Of a stretch of DNA of 64,000 nucleotides, positions 15,571 to 32,178 are shown piece by piece. Both the position numbers and the translations under genes were made by a program. Below the pieces are notes generated by a model. That model did no database searches. It was not told the DNA's origin and saw nothing but the letters and a program-made list of their open reading frames with translations. The first letter of the stretch is position 1, and each line of letters begins with the position of its first letter. The stretch is taken from the NCBI GenBank assembly GCA_012295275.1, contig CM022676.1:9300001-9364000 (forward strand), in the 5' to 3' direction. Source of the stretch: Chrysomallon squamiferum (lineage: Eukaryota; Animalia; Mollusca).

Positions 15571-15977
15571 TCAGGCTATGTTATACTTTGTTTTGTTCTG
15601 CTTTAGGAATTACTTAAAACAACAGTAACGGAGTAGCGTGGAGTGGTGGTGCCGGGGGGTGGGGGGATAAGGGTTGACAAGGGTGAGGTGGGGGTGGCAG
15701 AATTGTTAATTCTTTGTTTCGCAGTTAGGCAATGACAAAAAATAATTATGTTTAACAGTAATTAATTTTTTTTTTCGGTTACAGTGAAAGCCAGCTTGTA
15801 TTGCTGTAACACCAAGCTGCCATATTTGAATTCATTCATACAAGGTGTTAAAATAAGGAGTAGTTAATAGTTGTAATTGAGGAGTGTCTAGTATATATGT
15901 AATTAATGGAGTAATTAACCCAGATACCTAATTAAAAGTGACTCTGTGTACCTTTTAATTAATTTATTTATTAATTA

Positions 15978-16026
<49 letters not shown>

Positions 16027-16053
16027 TATATTATTAATTATCATTATTATTTA

Positions 16054-16102
<49 letters not shown>

Positions 16103-17356
16103 TAATTATTATTATTATTATTGATGTTGTTTTGTTGTTTTGCTTTGCTTGTTTATTTTTTTCTTTCTTATATTTTTCTTTTATTTTATTTATTTATTTT
16201 TATTGGTTATTTCAAAAAAAAATTATACTTTTATTATTATATATATATTTTTTATTGTTGTTGTTTTTGTTCTGAATTATTTGTTTACTTTTGTTATTCA
16301 AACTGTTTTGATACTATTGTTTTAATTATTGTTATTATTTATGTTGTGTTATTGTCACTATTATTATTATTTTTATTATTATTATTATTAAATTATTTAT
16401 TATTAACATTATTAGCAGCAGTAATAATAGTATTATTATTATTATTAAATTATTTATTATTAGCAGCAGTAATAATAGTATTATTATTATTATTTATTTA
16501 TTATGATTATTATTATTTGGTCTTTATTAAAATTTTCATTAAGATATTACTATTGCTTTTGCTTCCATCATTAACATCAAACTCAATTATTAAACCCTGA
16601 TAAAACAACAACCCCTCTCTTTATCACACACACGCTACACACACATTTTATAAAAGGTTGTAGTACACAGGGGCTGGAATGGAGAGTGAAGCAACCCCAA
16701 TTTCCCTGCTTTAACCAACATCAATATTGGACATTCAACAAGTGAAAAAAAAAAAAAAAAAAAAAAAAAAACACACAACAAAATCTACAGAGCAAAGAAA
16801 GCAAATGTGATCTGAATAAACTGTAGAGCAGCACAACACACAATGTCTGGTCTCAAATAAATAAGAAAATAAACAAAAACCCAGCTGAGATCTGACAGGA
16901 TAAACAAACTGAATGATGGACAATCAATTACAGACAAGAAATGTTTGGTAATGCGTTTGAGGAGACAGGATTTGGGTGTTTGTGTTACGTTTTAAAAATC
17001 TCCGTTTCTGCAAAGCTAACAGTGACAGAAGAAGTATGGGGGGCAGGGGGATATTTATATATTTTATTATGTTTGTAGATATTTGTATTTTTTATTTTTA
17101 TTCACTGTTTATTTTTATTATGTTTGTAGATGTGTGCATGTATTTTTATTTTATTTCATTTCACTGGGATATTTAGATGTGTGTATGTATTTTTATTTTA
17201 TTTCATTTTATTATATTTTATTATAGAGATGTGTGTATGTATTTTTATGTCTGACTACTATGCAAATGGTTGCAAATACTTGTGTGTGTGTGTGTGTGTG
17301 TGTTTATATATATATATATATACATACATATATTCACACACATACATACATTATAT

Positions 17357-17403
<47 letters not shown>

Positions 17404-18219
17404 TATTCATAATAAGTTAAAATACATATATTAAACAGAAAAATTATTTAAAATATTTTTAATTTTTAGCACAATTATTTAAAAAGTAAACACTTTTAAA
17501 GTAAAAACAAAAATTCCCCCCCCTACAACCCCTGAGAGGGCAAATTATTTGACATTTATTCAATACAAATTATCAGTCTACAACCACAGACACACAGACA
17601 CACAGACACACAGAAAACAAGGGGAGACTTGTTTGTTTATAGATAGCTAACATCTGATTGGTTGATTAGACAAACAATCTGATTGGCTGTTCAACAGACA
17701 GAGCCAGGGTTAAACAGTATAGCCATTGTTTCGTACAAGGAAGATTAAAGTTAATGAAATGTTTTTTTTTTTTTTTGTTTCTATTTTTCTACATGGAAAG
17801 GAAACAGTGAATGTAAATATAATTAATTTTGTAATCTTCCTGAATGCATCATGGAAGTTTATTTTGTGATTACAAAGGGTTTAAATTTGTTATATTTTGG
17901 TTTTGTATCTGTTTACAAGCATGTAATTTATGTATCCCATGTATCTCATGTATGTGTATGTGTGTATGTATGTGTATGTATGTCTGTATGTATGTGTGTA
18001 TGTATGTGTATGTGTGTATGTAATGTGTGTGTATGTATGTATGTATGTGTGTATGTAAGTATCAGTGTAAATGTATATGTGTGTATGTACACAATACTAA
18101 CACATCACAGATAAACAAACACACCAGACACACATACATATACTTACGTGCGTATTCATGTATGTGTGCATATGTGTGTTTATACACATACATATATGTT
18201 TCATGCATGCAAACTTACT

Positions 18220-19435
<1,216 letters not shown>

Positions 19436-19741
19436 TGCCAGACCAAGGAGATTAGAAACTAACTGGAACCGACACAACAGAGTTTTGTCTCTTGGATTGT
19501 GCCAAGATTTACCATCAACATTCCACGCATGATTACAGACAAGGGTTATAAATAAAAGCCTCTGAAGAGGAAAACAAGACTTCTCCATTGGCACCTGTGA
19601 ATTTCTATTTCACTCTCCGTTTTTTGGGTTTTTTTTGGCATGTCAGAATTGAAAAAAAAAAAATGGTTTTTTGGATTTTATTTTCTTTCTGTTAATAATG
19701 TTTTAATGTTTTTATTTTTTATTTATTTTTTATTTTTGCTT

Positions 19742-19780
<39 letters not shown>

Positions 19781-19781
19781 C

Positions 19782-19836
<55 letters not shown>

Positions 19837-20318
19837 TTTATTTTACCTTTTTTGATAATTTTTTTTTATTAATTATTTGTTGAAATGTTATAAGCTAACA
19901 TTATTAATTATTATTATTGTGTTTATTGTTTGTTAAGGTCCTTTGATGATATGTAGTGTTTATAATTATTATCAAAAGGTTAAAAGTTACTTTAATTCTA
20001 ACAGGTATGTGTGAATATTTAGTATGAATGCATGTATTTATGTATGTATAAATGTATGTGAGTATGAATGTAAATGTATGTGTAAATATGAATGTAAATG
20101 TAAATATGTATGTGTATATGTATATACGTATGTATGTACATATGAATGTATACATCTATGTCTGTACACATACATACATACATAGATAGATACATACATA
20201 CATACATACACATACATACATATACACATACATACACACATACACACATACATACACACACACATACATACACACACACATACATACATACACACACACA
20301 CATACATATACACATACA

Positions 20319-20358
<40 letters not shown>

Positions 20359-20848
20359 CACACATGAATGTAAAAGCAAACCAAGCACTAACAGATTAAC
20401 ACAAACATCAGTCCTCATCATCTCAGTAATTTACTAACAGAAAACTGAGCAAATTGTTAAATAAGAGAATTTCCTAGGACATAGTCCACATAATGAATGT
20501 GAAATGGGGCATGTCTGCAGACACCACGGTCACTGGAGCGTGACTTTCCTAAGTAGATCTGCACATGTTTCTGCCAGATTCTTAACACAGGGACATCATG
20601 TGTGCGTGGTTACCTTGCACTAAATTGTTTACCATCGGCAGCGATGTTAATGCCTTTCCGTCTGTCTGTCTGTGAGTTTGAACTAACTAATGGGTAAAAG
20701 AAATGACGGAGAAAAGAGTACAGACATAAATACAGACAGACAGACAGACAGACAAACAAACTGGGAAGAAAGAGATAAAGATATAAATGCATATGTGTGT
20801 GTGTCTGAATGTGTGTTTAGAAGGGTGAATGAATGGATTAATAACCAG

Positions 20849-20887
<39 letters not shown>

Positions 20888-21822
20888 TTCACACATGGAA
20901 TGATTGTCAGAGTTGGATTACAGAGTGGTAGATGGGGCAGGGGGGAGAATGAGAGAAATAAATAAAAAAAACATAAACAAATAAGAGAAATAGAAAGACA
21001 CAGAAAAAAAGAAATCTAAGATTTGATCTCAGAACCTGCCAGTCGCTGACATTTTGATTTATCCACATTACCAACATATCAAGTTTTAAAAAAAAAAAAA
21101 TCAATAGCAACCAAGTCACTGACCATCCACTGATTACAATCAGCCCTGCCCCTGCCCCACCCACTTAATATATCACCCCTCCTGACACAAGTCTAATAAA
21201 CATAATTTTAATTACACACATTTTGTTCCTGGCTGACTTACTTGGTTTTAACCTGGGCCTAGAATCTTTATCCCATTATTCAAGATTTACATTCTGGACA
21301 GCCCAGTATGACAATGGGCACGATTTGTATTATGGACAGGTTAAACCGTTGCGACATGAACTGAGGTGACAGACAGACAATGGTGGACAGAAAAAGAAGA
21401 AAGAAAAGAATGTTGTTCTATTATCAGAACATCTTTCTGTGGTTTCCTCAAAAGGAGAGTTCCATTCTGATGAAATGTTTGTATCGTATTTCGGTTACAA
21501 ATGGTTAAGTAAATGTTTTTTCTTCTTCTTCTTCTTCAAGTTGTACCTGATACAGGATACACTGTGATAAACTGTATCATGTATTTCATACTGACGTATC
21601 ATTTACTTCATTTTAATCCTAGGATTTGTGAATACAAGATTCAGAAAACAAAACAAAAACAGAGCAAAAAGCTAAAATAAATAAATTTAAAAAAAAGTCG
21701 AACAACAACAAAAATTCGACTAAAATAATAACAGAAAATAAAAAATAAGTGAATATAAAACAAACAAAAATAAACATCAGACATACCCACATCAACACAA
21801 CTCAAAGATAAATACATGCATA

Positions 21823-21904
<82 letters not shown>

Positions 21905-21964
21905 CGAGAGAAAGACAGAGAAAGAGAGAGAGAACGAGAGAAAGAGAGAGAGAGAGAAAGAGAG

Positions 21965-22047
<83 letters not shown>

Positions 22048-22103
22048 CTGGGGGGTAATCAACATATACGACATACCAAAAAAAAAACCAAAATAAAATA
22101 AAC

Positions 22104-22150
22104 AGGATCAAGCAGGATTTGAACCAGGAACCTATGAGACTAAACAAAAC
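22104..22150 (-). mobile_element. Probable SINE remnant (pol III B-box)
   Basis: GGTTCAAATCC on the minus strand (22115-22125). Similar decayed B-box segments occur near 21020, 46685 and 61020. Confidence 0.35.
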
Positions 22151-22256
22151 TGTGCATAAACAGGAAATGTGGCTGGCACTTTAATGAGATTTCTTTCCTG
22201 AAATTCTTTGTTGAATTTGTAAACAGTCTGAAAGTCTCAGAGATTCCTTCACTCTG

Positions 22257-22524
22257 ACATCTGGATTATGTTTAGATTGTTTAGCAAGAGGAAAAGTGCA
22301 TGGGTACCATAGTTAACATAATAAAACACTGGTATTAGAAAGCAGTGATGATAATGATGGTAGTGATGATGATAGTGATGATGATGATGATGATGATGAT
22401 TACAAAGAAAAAGACTTCTGGATTATGTTAAGATTGTTTGGTTGAGGTCAAAATTTAGAAATTCATGGGTACCATATTTAACATAATAAAAAACTGGTAT
22501 TAAAAAATTAAAAGATAATGATAG

Positions 22525-22565
<41 letters not shown>

Positions 22566-22844
22566 ACAAAGAAAAAGAGTTCTGGATTATGTTTAGATTG
22601 TTTGGATGAGGTCGAAATTTAGAAATTCGTGGGTACCATATTTAACATAATAAAAACTGGTATTGAAAAGTTTAAAGATAATAATAGTGATGATAGTGAT
22701 GATAATGATGATGATGATGATGATGATTACAAAACATTGACATCTGGTTCATGTTTAGACTGTTTGGATGAACTTGAAATTCAATAATAAATGGTACAAT
22801 ATTTAACTTGTAAATGATGATGATGATTATTATTATTATTATTA

Positions 22845-22935
<91 letters not shown>

Positions 22936-23165
22936 CTCTTGGAAACAAAGAGACATCTGGATTCTGTTAGATTGTTTGAACTAGGCTGAAATTCTGAAAT
23001 ATATCCTATCATACTTAACAAAATATGATGATAGTAATGATGATAGTGATGATAGTGATGATGATGATGATGATAAAATTATAAACACATTGGCATCTAG
23101 ATACTGTTTAGATATTTTTGACCAGACTGAAAATGTAGAAATATGTTTTACCATATTTAACACAA
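22257..23165. repeat. Compound tandem repeat: ~90-bp core separated by (GAT)n/(ATT)n tracts, ~6 copies
   Basis: Core TCTGGATTATGTTTAGATTGTTT...AATTTAGAAATTCATGGGTACCATATTTAACATAATAAAAACTGGTATT near 22260, 22417, 22581, 22743, 22956 and 23095. Confidence 0.85.
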
Positions 23166-23261
23166 TAAATATAAATTCTCTCTCTCTCTTTTTCTATCTC
23201 TCTCTCTCTTTCTCTCTCTCTTTATTTCCCTCTGATCCTCTCCCTATCTCTTACTTTATCG

Positions 23262-23293
<32 letters not shown>

Positions 23294-23418
23294 CTCCATT
23301 ATATATAAATATGTACAAACATTACTTTCACATCTATAACATACTCACTCATTCTGTTGAATATTAATACACATATACATACACATTCACATGCACACAT
23401 AAACATTCACACACACAC

Positions 23419-23479
<61 letters not shown>

Positions 23480-23680
23480 CATACATATACACAACCACAA
23501 AACGTTTTTCATACACAAAAACTACCACAGTGACAATTATGGGATGAAATACGGTAAACATCTTTTTCGTGGATATTGTTGTGTCCCAGACAAAATGTTC
23601 CCCGACTCCAGAGAGATTTCCATTTACCAGTCCAGATAGCATCTGCTTTTAAACTTCATCCTTAAGCACATCAGTCATCT

Positions 23681-23697
23681 GCCAACAGGGGGCGCTG
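23681..23697 (+). promoter_or_regulatory. CTCF-like motif
   Basis: GCCAACAGGGGGCGCTG. Confidence 0.55.
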
Positions 23698-23822
23698 TAT
23701 ATTGACTGTTTCAAGTTTGCCAAACAAGATACAGTTGAAGGGAAATCGCATCTTTCATTTCAGCAAGTACAAAGATGGTGCTTGACTTGTTAAGTTCATT
23801 ATGTTTGTTTATGCTAAATGTG

Positions 23823-23909
<87 letters not shown>

Positions 23910-23973
23910 ATTCTCTGTGTGAATGTGTCTGTATGTGTGTCTGTGTTAATGCATATGTGTGTTTGTCTGGGTG

Positions 23974-24004
<31 letters not shown>

Positions 24005-24641
24005 GTGTGTGTGTGTGTGTGTGTGTGTATGTATTTATGTATGTATGTATGTATGTTGTGTATGTATGTGTGATTGTATGTAAACATGCATGTGCGTGTG
24101 TGTTTCTCTTTCATACACTCCTGTGTGTGTGTGACTGCATGCAGTGTTTTCTGAAAGGTTTTCATCTCCCATTACAACTACTAATCTTCTCTTGCCTCAA
24201 AGTGGCTGATGGGTGAAAATTCACTTATCTCTGTATTAACCCTTTTCAGCCTGGTCACACTCACATAAAAACAGCAGCAGCAGTAACCCAATTGGCATCC
24301 CAAGTCCTGTTAATGTACCCCTCTGCCGTCAAGAAATAACTTGATTATTAGTAAAGCATGCTAGCCAGTAAGCTAAGACAGCGTGTGAGTGAATGAACTA
24401 GTGTGTGTATATTTTATGTGTTTTGTGTCTGTATGTGTGTGTATGTGTGTGTGTGTGTGTATGTGTTTTGTGTGTTTATATGTAGGTGTGTATATTTGTG
24501 TATGTGTGTGTGTATTTTATAAATAGGTGTGTATGTTTGCGTGTATATTTTATGTGTTGATGTGTCAGTTGTATGTCTGTCTGTGTGTATATGTATGTGT
24601 TATATAAGACATAAAGAAATTTATATTTTATTTTGTATTTT

Positions 24642-24694
<53 letters not shown>

Positions 24695-24948
24695 TATGTA
24701 CATAACCCACAAAGACATACTCCCTTCCCACCCACACACAGACACACACAATCCCCTCCCTCCCTACCTCCCTCCCCTCCCTCCCACCCACACACACATA
24801 GAACACCAACCTAAACTCTCTCAATGTTGACCCATCAATCATATACTATTTTCTAAACGACAAATCATGCATTTAGTTTTGACAGACCGTAAATTGGCAA
24901 ACTTTGTGAGCTCACCTGATATGTTCCCATTCAGTTTTAAACTGGAAT

Positions 24949-24979
<31 letters not shown>

Positions 24980-25205
24980 ACCCACTAATCTATTATATAC
25001 AACATGCGACAGACACTTTTGAGTTAAATAAATTAATGTATATTCCTTTGCCAAGATTTTAGCGAGATTCTGGAATTTTTTTTTTTTTCAAATAATTGTT
25101 TCCAGAAGAAGAAGAAGAATAAGAAAAAAAAAATCAATTAATATTTTTAAGCAGCTTATCAAATGTGTGGTTAGGAGACAAATTTATTAAGTGGTTATGT
25201 ATGCT

Positions 25206-25689
25206 GTCTCCATAGCAACAGTATGGATTTTAATGCACTTTTAATGATTAAAAAAAAAAAAAAAATATTTAAACATGATGAGGTGATTTGTAAGCAGTTT
25301 TCGTTTCCATAGCAACTGTATAAATGTTTGATGATGAAGATATTTAAAAAAAAAAGAAAAAAAAAAAGGATTGAGTGATTTTATGCAGTTTTCGTGTAAG
25401 ATTTTTAATGTCCATTTAATGTTGAAGATTGTTGTTTAAACAAATGATGTGGAATTATCCGGTTTCCATGGCAACCAAATATATTTTAATCTATCTTCTG
25501 TGTTGAAGATATTTTTTTAAACGATTTTTATGAAGAATGAAAATTATTTTATATATTATTTTATTCTTTCTAATTTTATATTATCTTGTGGTATTATTAT
25601 ATTACTGTTACCTTGTTATATTGTATTATTTTATGTTATGTTTGATTGTATTAAATTATTTTATGTTTTAGAATAGTTTGTGTTTGTCT

Positions 25690-25731
<42 letters not shown>

Positions 25732-26169
25732 ATGTGTGTGTGTGTATGTGTGTGTGTGTATGTATGTGTGTGTGTGTGTGTGTGAAAATTCTCACAAGAA
25801 AAATATTTGAAATACTGAATGTTTTTTAAGCTGTAACAACAGATACCATTAACAAGAAAAAAAAAAAAGAAATCAAAATCAAAACATTTATTTGAAAAAT
25901 AAAGAAAATTTATCTAAATCTGTTTTGTCTTAACACAACCTACACTTTACATGTTTCTTTCTGCTCAAAACAAGAAATTTTTCACAGAATTATAAAAACA
26001 GACTTAAAAACAGTTTCTGAATTGGTCAGCCATCTGAAAGTTATCAAATGTCACATTTCATCCAGTCGTTGCTACGGTAACCGAAAGCAAAAATTAATAG
26101 CTGAACATTTGAACTTCACTTTAATTTCGCTCCGAATGTGTTTGATAATCTTTTTTTCTTTCTTTTTCA

Positions 26170-26203
<34 letters not shown>

Positions 26204-26262
26204 ATGAATTTAATGAGTGTGATTTTTGATGTCTGCCTGCCTTCTACTATTTTTATTTTTCA

Positions 26263-26297
<35 letters not shown>

Positions 26298-26437
26298 GTG
26301 TCAGTGTAAACCCTGTTTATATTTAGTTTCTTTTTTTATTTATTATATATATATATATATATATATTTTTATTAATTATTTAACTTACTTCCTTTAAAAG
26401 TAAAATAATAATAATAATAATAATAATAGTAGCAGTA

Positions 26438-26473
<36 letters not shown>

Positions 26474-26474
26474 G

Positions 26475-26505
<31 letters not shown>

Positions 26506-26953
26506 AATAAATAAATAATAGAAATAATAATGATAACAAAAACAACATTTATAATAATACTTATGATTAAATAATACAGTAAAGAAAAAAATTATCATTT
26601 TAAATAAATCTGACAATTATTCTAAAATTCCAGGTATTGTATTTAAATATTTTACTTCTTCCTTTCTTTTTATCTTTTTATCTATATCTCCATCTGTCTG
26701 TCTGTGTGTCTTTCTATCTCTGTTGCTAAGCAACCATCCATCTATCCTTACCTATCTATCTATCTTTATTATTATTATTTTTTTTTTTTTGTATCATTTT
26801 TCTTTCTTTCACTTTTTTTCGTTCTTTCGGAATTTCACTCATTTTCTGTTCTTTTTTTCATCTTCCAAAAAAATGAAAATAAAAAAAAATAATAATAAAC
26901 CAGAAAGTTTTTCAAACTAAACTGACAGAGCCAGTTTCCTTATACTAATCACC

Positions 26954-26996
<43 letters not shown>

Positions 26997-27889
26997 TTCA
27001 GGTGAGTACAGGTGACAGGTGAAATTGAGCAGGTAACGATAAACATACCTACATACACACTCCATTTTTACTTGTCACTTTCGTCAGTTCAATAACATCA
27101 GAGGTCAGAGGTCAAGAAAAGAAAACAAATAAAAAATAAAAAATAAAAAACAACAACATTTTACTGAGAGAAGGAAGCTGAACTTAAAGGTAAGAGAGAG
27201 ATAGAAAGAAGAAAAATGGAGGAATGAAAGAATGAAGGAAAGAAGAAAAAACCTGTAAGAAAGAGAGAAGAGGTCAGAGAGAAAGGAAGAGATAAGAAGT
27301 TATTGTTTAAGAAAATGAAAGAAAGAAAAATACAAAAATTATTAATAAATGTGAAAGAAAGAAAGAAAGAAAAAGTAAAAATATAAAGAATGAATGATGA
27401 ATATGCAGTAAAGTAAGTTGGTGAGAGAAAAAGAAAGATGGAAGAACAGAGGAAGAGATGAAAGTAAGAATGAATCAAATAATAATTTTTTTATTTAAAA
27501 AAAAAGAAGTAATAATGACTGAATAACAAAAGTTAAAAAAAGGAGGAAATAATGAAAGTAAGAAATAAAAAAGAAGAAAAAAAACAACAAAGTATAAATT
27601 TATTAATAAACAAGAAAAAAGAATAATTTATAAAGTTTTAAAAAGAAATAAAAAAAAGTAAAAACAAAGCGTAAAGAGATTGAAAAAAAAACAACTAATA
27701 AGTGAAAAAATAAAATAAAAACCAGGAAAACGAATGAAATAAATAACAATAAAATGACCATAAATACAGAACAGAAGTTTTAATGTGTGTAAAACATGCT
27801 TTGTAGACATTTAAACAGAAATACATGTTATTTTTACACATGTACAGTTTGTTCTATAAATGGGTTAATAGGTAATGTTGCTAGGCAAC
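25206..27889. promoter_or_regulatory. Cluster of RFX X-box-like palindromes
   Basis: GTCTCCATAGCAAC 25206, GTTTCCATAGCAAC 25303, GTTTCCATGGCAAC 25462, GTTGCTACGGTAAC 26068, GTTGCTAAGCAAC 26722, GTTGCTAGGCAAC 27877. Confidence 0.45.
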
Positions 27890-28193
27890 AGAGTAACAGT
27901 CATACTTTCATACCAACATTAAAACAGAACTACATTAATTATGTATGTGTATATATACCTCCTCTGTTGAGTTTGAATTTATCTCTCTCTCTTTCAGCAC
28001 CTCTCCATTTTTTTTTCTTTCTCTCCACTGTTCTGTTTCTTTCTCTCATGCTCATCTCTCTCTCTCATTCTCATTTCTCTCTCTCTCTCTCTCTCTCATT
28101 CTCATCTATCTCTCTCTCATTCTCATTTTTTTTCTCCCTCTCATTCTCATCTCTCTCTCATTTCTCTCTCATTCTCATCTCTCTCATTCTCAT

Positions 28194-28268
<75 letters not shown>

Positions 28269-28714
28269 ACTACATACATCCACAGCAACATTTTAAAACT
28301 TTCATACTATCTCAATTGTTTTCTAAAATTCTGAAAAAAAAGAAAAAAGAAAAAAAAAAGCCTCTGGCACCTTCTCCTAGCAATTTATCTACCTTATCTC
28401 AGGTATAACATTTTTACCTGTAAAGTAATTTACCTATATTATCAAATCTACAGCATTTACACCTGCAAGGTATAAATTAAAACTTGTCTTGATTGTATTT
28501 ACCTGATAACCTCTAGCTGGTTAATAATATATTTTGATAAATAACTGATTATTTATTTATTTTTTAATTTTTTAAGGTTATTCAGGTATTTATTTGTTTC
28601 ATGTTAAAAGTTTATCACTATATGTTGTCTTGATGAACATAATAAATAAATAAAAAAACAAAATAAACTAATATTTTATTTTTATTTGTGATATGATACT
28701 TGTTTATTTCTTTC

Positions 28715-28770
<56 letters not shown>

Positions 28771-29905
28771 TTTAATGAATGACAATAAGTTTGAAAATGA
28801 TGTTTATCATTGTTATTGTTATTATTGTTGTTATTGTTGTTGTTGTTTTTGTTGTAACTGATTTTAAATAGATTTTACAATCAGCCCACAAACCTATACA
28901 TAAGAAAATAAATAAACAAATAAATAAATAAATAAACAAGCAAAAAAATAAAAAAATACTACTACTACTACTACTAATAATAATAAATAAATAAATAAAA
29001 ATAAATAAATAAACAATAAATAGAAGGAAAACAAATAATAAATAAATAAATAAACAAAAAAAAATAAATAAATAAAAAAAATAAAAATAATAAAAAAAAA
29101 ATAAATAAAACAAACAAATAGAAATAAATAAATAAAACAATAAATAGAAACAATTAAATAAATAAATAAATAAATAGAAACAAGCAAATTAATAAATAAA
29201 TAAATAAAGCAATATATAGAAACAAATAAATAAATAAATAAATAAATAAATAAATATTTACCTACAAAACTTGTAACTTACAAAACTAAAAAATATATTT
29301 ATTCAAAAACAGTAAGCCATTCATAGCCTGAGAAAATATTTCACCAATCAGTTGGTTCATTCTTTTCCCTTTTCCCTGCTTTTTCAAAATGGCTACCACC
29401 TGTCTTTAACCAGACTCAGATAACAAAGAAAAGAAAAACATGGCCGAACACAGAAACTTTACACAGAAGTCTTTTTATAATTTTATCACCTTTTGGCAGG
29501 AAATGCACACCAAAATGGTGAAAGGTCATGGAAGATTGACCTTTTGAAAGGTGAAATAAACACTTAAAAAGAACAATGTTATAGACTGTTAGACTTAAAA
29601 AAAAACAATGTTATTTTTTTTTTTTGCAGCCAGAGAAAAAGTGTAATATAAAATAAAACATTGTTATACAAATATTTACATTGTTATAAAAATATTTACA
29701 TTGTTATATGAAAAATGAAACATTTTTCTAAAAATAAAAAAATGTAATAAACATAAAAAATTAAATAAAAAAAATACAAAATAAAATATTTTTACTTGAG
29801 AATAATAAAATATTGCGATGAATAGTAAAACATTGTTTTTAAAAAGAAATTGTAATTTTTTTTTTTTAAATTGTAATGTAATATACTGTTATACTGAAAA
29901 CAATT

Positions 29906-29940
<35 letters not shown>

Positions 29941-30411
29941 ATGAGGAAAATAATACATAGTTAAATAGAAAAATAACACATTATTATCTTAAATACTATA
30001 CTTTTAAATTTTGTGATATATCAAGATTCATAAAAAAAAAAAAAAAAAAAGAAGATGAAGAAGAAGAAGAAAACTAAATGAAAAGAAAAAAGAAAAAAAC
30101 AACAATAAAATCTCAATCTGTGGGGCTGTGTGGGTCAGATGGATTACCTCCCCTGTTGCTAATCCTTATACTTATCAAGTGATTTATGTTAATGCTAATC
30201 CGGGGTAGCAGATGTTTGATTTATCTGTGTTTAATAAAGTAACAGGTGTGGAAAAAAAGTAACAGATGGAAACACCTGTATGTGGATTTTTTTTATTATC
30301 TTTTTTAATTTTTACCTTTTTATTTTTGTTAATAATTTTTATATAGGGCATATTTAGGTTTTAGGAAAAGAGGACCAATTAATTGATTTAACAGTAGTTG
30401 TAGTAGTAGTA

Positions 30412-30446
<35 letters not shown>

Positions 30447-30532
30447 TGTTGTTGTTGTAAATAAATGTAGTGAATGTTTTAATATCAAACATTTTAAGTG
30501 TATGTATGTATGTATGTGGTTTGTGTGTTTGT

Positions 30533-30571
<39 letters not shown>

Positions 30572-32178
30572 TGTGTGTGTTATAAATGTATATATGACAA
30601 AAGGTAAAATACAGATGAAATATTTATATGAAAAACATATAAATAATAAACTAATATATATATTTATATATAAATAAGAAATAAAAAGGAAAAAATTTGT
30701 ATCTATATAAAATTTTAAAAAAAGAAAAGAAGAAAGAAAGAAATAACAAGAAAATAAATAAATAAAAAGATAAAAATATATTTTGATTAAATTTTTGTAC
30801 AATGTGAATGCAGATTTCAAAACAATCTCAGGTAAAATTAAATTCACTGAAATTTATTTACTTAATTATGAAAATCAATTTCAGGTGAAACTATAAACAG
30901 AAAAAAATTAACTGATTAAAAGTTGTTTAGCTAACAATGAAAATGTATTTGTGAAAAGAAACCAGGTAAAAATAAAATTGATTAGAATATATTTACTTAA
31001 TGATACACCTGTATATTAATCATCTACCTGTCCTTGGCTTTTGTAAAATAACATGTTTGATTAAAGTGATTTATATTTATCTTTCTTAATTTGAAAAATT
31101 AATATAATAAATACATAAACAAAAATACACACACACACATACAGGTGTTCAAACAGACACACACACAGAAACACAGACAGTAACACAGACATATTCTCAC
31201 ACATACATATAAATAATCATTTCTCAAACACATGCACAGATATATATATATATACATATAACCATATGCATTATATACACACATGTACATACATAAAATG
31301 TTCACAGATATTCAGGCAATACTTGCATCTATACCAATACATACACATCTATTTTTTTTTTTTTTTTTTTGAGAATTGCTAAAAAAATAATAATATAAAA
31401 TTACAACAGATTAATCAATACCACATTAAACAAATATTTTTCATTAGCCAAAGAAAATGATTACGATTTCTGCCACAACCAAAAATCAATTGAGATAACA
31501 AATAATTGTTGTACGGAAAACAGTACGACAAAGAAATACTACTTTCCAACCCGGTATCTCATCAAGTGACCAATTTCCGTCATGTGAAAATAATCATTAA
31601 AGATATTCCAGAAGAAGAAAGGTCAGATTAAAGGATATATTGTTTGGTGTTTTTTCATTTTTTTTTTTTTTTTTTTTTTTTTTTTCCAAAATAAAATATT
31701 GATTATATGGAATCATAAAAGTAGAGAATATAAAAGAGAGAAAATTAATTTCTATCAATACATGGCATTGGCTTTATATACATGTGTGTGTGTGTGTGTG
31801 TGTGTGTATGTCTGTGTGTATACGTGTGTATGTGTGTGTATGTGTGTGTGTGTCTGTGTGTGTGTGTATGTCTGTGTGTATGTGTGTGTATGTGTGTATG
31901 TGTGTAAGTGTGTGTGTGTGTGTGTGTGGCTGTGTATGTATGTCTGTGTGTATGTGTGTATATGTGTGTATGTGTGTATGTGTGTGTGTGTGTGTGTTTT
32001 GTGTGTGTGTGTTTATGTCTCCATAACAGATATAATTATTACTTATATGTGAATATTTGTATTACATTTTTTATATTTCATCTTCATGCATGTTTTAAAC
32101 ATATATAACAATCCTTGTAATCACTGAAAACAAAATTAATTTTATCCCTACTTTTAAAATTAAAATAAAATGAAGAAT

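Noticed and set aside
20614-20661. Possible 48-nt phase 1-1 micro-exon (DGKALTSLPMVNNLVQ G|GTAACC)
   Set aside because: The acceptor lies in an (ACAG)n repeat without a pyrimidine tract, and the peptide is unrecognisable.
23525-23642. Open minus-strand frame between CAG and GT next to a CTCF motif
   Set aside because: Poor acceptor and no recognisable protein motif.
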